This document shows, one piece after another, positions 62,331 through 64,000 of a stretch of 64,000 nt of DNA; within the stretch, counting starts at the first letter, position 1, and every line of letters starts with the position of its first letter. Source of the stretch: an uncultured Thermoleophilia bacterium (lineage in GTDB: Bacteria > Actinomycetota > Thermoleophilia > UBA2241); contig CAVPRQ010000020.1 of NCBI GenBank assembly GCA_963707855.1, positions 41,940-105,939 on the forward strand, given 5' to 3'. The translations under genes and the position numbers were made by a program. The notes under the pieces were generated by a model. That model made no database searches. It worked only from the letters and a program-made list of their open reading frames with translations, and was not told the DNA's origin.

Positions 62331-63709
62331 TCAGGCGCCGATCATCTTCGCGATCAGGTCGGCGCGCCGCGCCGGGCGCCCCTTGGCCTCCTCGACCCGG
62401 TCGGCGCTCGCCATCATGCGCAGGGCGAGGTTGACGCCGATCCAGCGCAGCGGCTCGGGCTCCCAGGCCTTCGAGCGGTGGTTCACCCAGGGCAGCCGCG
62501 GTCAGCGGCGTGTCCTCACCGCGGATCAGGTCGCACAGCGTGCGGCCGGCGAGGTTGGTCGTCGAGACCCCGTCGCCGACGTAGGCGCCGGCCCAGGCGT
62601 TCCCGGTCGCGCGCTCGAGGCCGACCGACGAGTACCAGTCGCGGCTCGCCGCGATCGCCCCGCCCCAGCGGTGGCTGACGCGGAAGGGGCCGATCTGCGG
62701 GAAGAGCTCGCGGGTCAGCTCGCGGAGGTGGTCCTGGACCCGGGGGTTGAGCGTGAACTCCTCGCTCAGCCTGGACTCGTAGTGATAGGGCGCCCCGCGG
62801 CCGCCGATGGCGATGCGGCCGTCGTCGGTGCGGCAGGCGTAGAAGATGAGGTGGCGCAGGTCGCCGAAGACCTCGTGGCCCTTCCAGCCGAGCGCCTCCC
62901 AGGTCTCTTCGGAGAGCGGCTCGGTGGCGATCATCAGCGAGTAGATCGGCACGAGGTCGCGCTCGTGGCCGGGGAGCTCGGGCGTGAACGCCTCGGTGGC
63001 GCGCACGACGACCTCGGCCCTCACGGTGCCGAAGGGCGTCTCGGCGGCGTGCGGGGCGATCGCGGTCACGGGGGTGCGCTCGTAGATCGGCACGCCGAGG
63101 CGCTCGACGACCGTCGGCGAGGCCGCGCGCCAGGCGCGCCGGGTCGACGGCGGCGCCGTGCGGGGTGTAGACGGCGCCCAGGCAGCCGGCGACCTTCACG
63201 CGCGCGCTCGCCTCGCGCGCCCCGAGGAGCACGTAGTCGTCCTCGCCGAAGCCCCAGGAGCGCTCGTACTCGACTTCTGGGCGGCGCGCAGCAGCTGCAC
63301 CGGGTTGGTCGCCAGGCTGAGCTGGCCGTCGAGGTGGAAGCGCGCCTCGATGCCCTCCTCGTCGACCACGCGGGCGATCTCGTAGACCGTGTCGAAGAGG
63401 GCGCGCTGCTGGTCGATCACGGCCTGGCGGCCGCTCCACCGGGCGGCGCGCGCGCGGGAGCCCGGGGAAGTAGGTGTGACACCAGCCCCCGTTGCGTCCC
63501 GAGCCGCCGTAGCCGGCGATCTCGCGCTCGAGGACGGCGACGCGCAGGTGCGGGTCGGCCTTCTTCAGGTAGTAGGCCGTCCAGAGGCCGGTGTAGCCGG
63601 CGCCGACGATCGCGACGTCGACGTCGGTCGGCCCCTCGAGCGCGGGGCGCGGGGCAAGCTCCCCGGGCAGAAGGTCGAGCCACATGCTGCGTGAGCGGTA
63701 GTCTTCCAT
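62331..63709 (-). CDS. FAD-dependent oxidoreductase (DAO/PuuB/sarcosine-oxidase-like family), at least four frameshifts
   Basis: ATG 63709 follows GGAGG. MEDYRSRSMWLD..DVDVAIVGAGYTGLWTAYYL..GYGGSGRNGGW.. / ..QRALFDTVYEIARVVDEEGIEARFHLDGQLSLA.. / ..VEYERSWGFGEDDYVLL.. / ..VPIYERTPVTAI..LVPIYSLMIATEPL..GGRGAPYHY..SHRWGGAIAASRDW.. / ..PWVNHRSKAWEPEPLRW..AKMIGA. Confidence 0.75.
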
Positions 63710-63781
63710 CCCCGAAACCCCTCCTTGTGTGAGGCCTCGCCCCGGCACTCGCACCCCTTGACAGGCCTTCCGACATGTGCT

Positions 63782-63818
63782 TGTTGTACGTATAACAGAG
63801 GCCTCCTGGCGTTGTCTA
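63782..63818 (-). promoter_or_regulatory. candidate promoter with overlapping 16-bp palindromic operator upstream of the FAD-oxidoreductase/MttB-B operon
   Basis: Minus strand has TAGACA, an 18-nt spacer and TATACG. The palindrome TGTTgTACGTAtAACA (63782-63797, one mismatched pair) overlaps the -10. It sits in an AT-richer patch about 75 nt upstream of the ATG. Confidence 0.35.
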
Positions 63819-64000
63819 GAGTGGTCTCTTGGAGTGGGGAGGTTGCTGAGAGTGGCGAAGGAGGGGACGGTCGGCGAGTCGCTTGCGGAGCGACTCGAAG
63901 CCGCCGTCATCGAATGCCAAGACGGCAGAGCGCTGTCGCGAGGGGACTCAGGAAGAGCCGGAGGCGCCGGAGCGACCAGGGGCGACAGCCGCAGTGACGA

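Noticed and set aside
63840-64000. Possible partial + strand ORF at the window edge (TTG/GTG start after GGGGAGG; ..VAKEGTVGESLAERLEAAVIECQDGRAL..), perhaps a divergent regulator.
   Set aside because: Only about 50 codons are visible, with no recognisable HTH, and the later part is Gly/Arg-rich. That is not enough to call a gene.

Overview
About 70% GC bacterial DNA. The M-box riboswitch, ECF sigma factors, a GuaB3-type gene next to guaA and the ilvBN/ilvC-serA gene order suggest a high-GC Gram-positive (actinobacterium-like) organism. Tungsten-type aldehyde:ferredoxin oxidoreductases, NfnAB and 4-hydroxybutyryl-CoA dehydratase suggest an anaerobe. Taxonomy is inference only. I saw no rRNA, tRNA, CRISPR array or transposase. 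The main result is at 51.5-63.7 kb. A minus-strand operon mtbB-mtbC-mttC-mttB encodes dimethylamine and trimethylamine:corrinoid methyltransferases. Each methyltransferase gene is interrupted by one in-frame TAG at exactly the pyrrolysine position of the archaeal enzymes. Next to it lies a second corrinoid-methyltransferase module of unknown substrate: two paralogous non-Pyl MttB-superfamily genes, a third corrinoid protein, an amidohydrolase and an FAD oxidoreductase. No pylTSBCD, corrinoid activase or methylcobamide (MT2) methyltransferase is in the window. Other content, in order: an M-box riboswitch driving an MgtE-sensor plus NRAMP-related (NrmT-like) operon; pfkB, guaB3 and guaA; nfnAB with an unusual N-terminal Zn-ribbon extension; an M29 aminopeptidase-ltaE-AOR module; a 4-aminobutyrate/4-hydroxybutyrate fermentation cluster (abfD, abfT, Fe-ADH) divergent from gdhA; trxA; ilvD-ilvB-ilvN; a 10.8 kb variable segment with gene remnants and two ECF sigma modules; ilvC, a class V aminotransferase and serA; and a translationally coupled aminotransferase-AOR-LarA-TetR operon. 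Around 50 single-base frame disruptions (roughly one per kb) hit even essential genes. I read most of them as assembly indel errors rather than decay. Coordinates of frameshifted genes are reconstructions joining ORF-track pieces.
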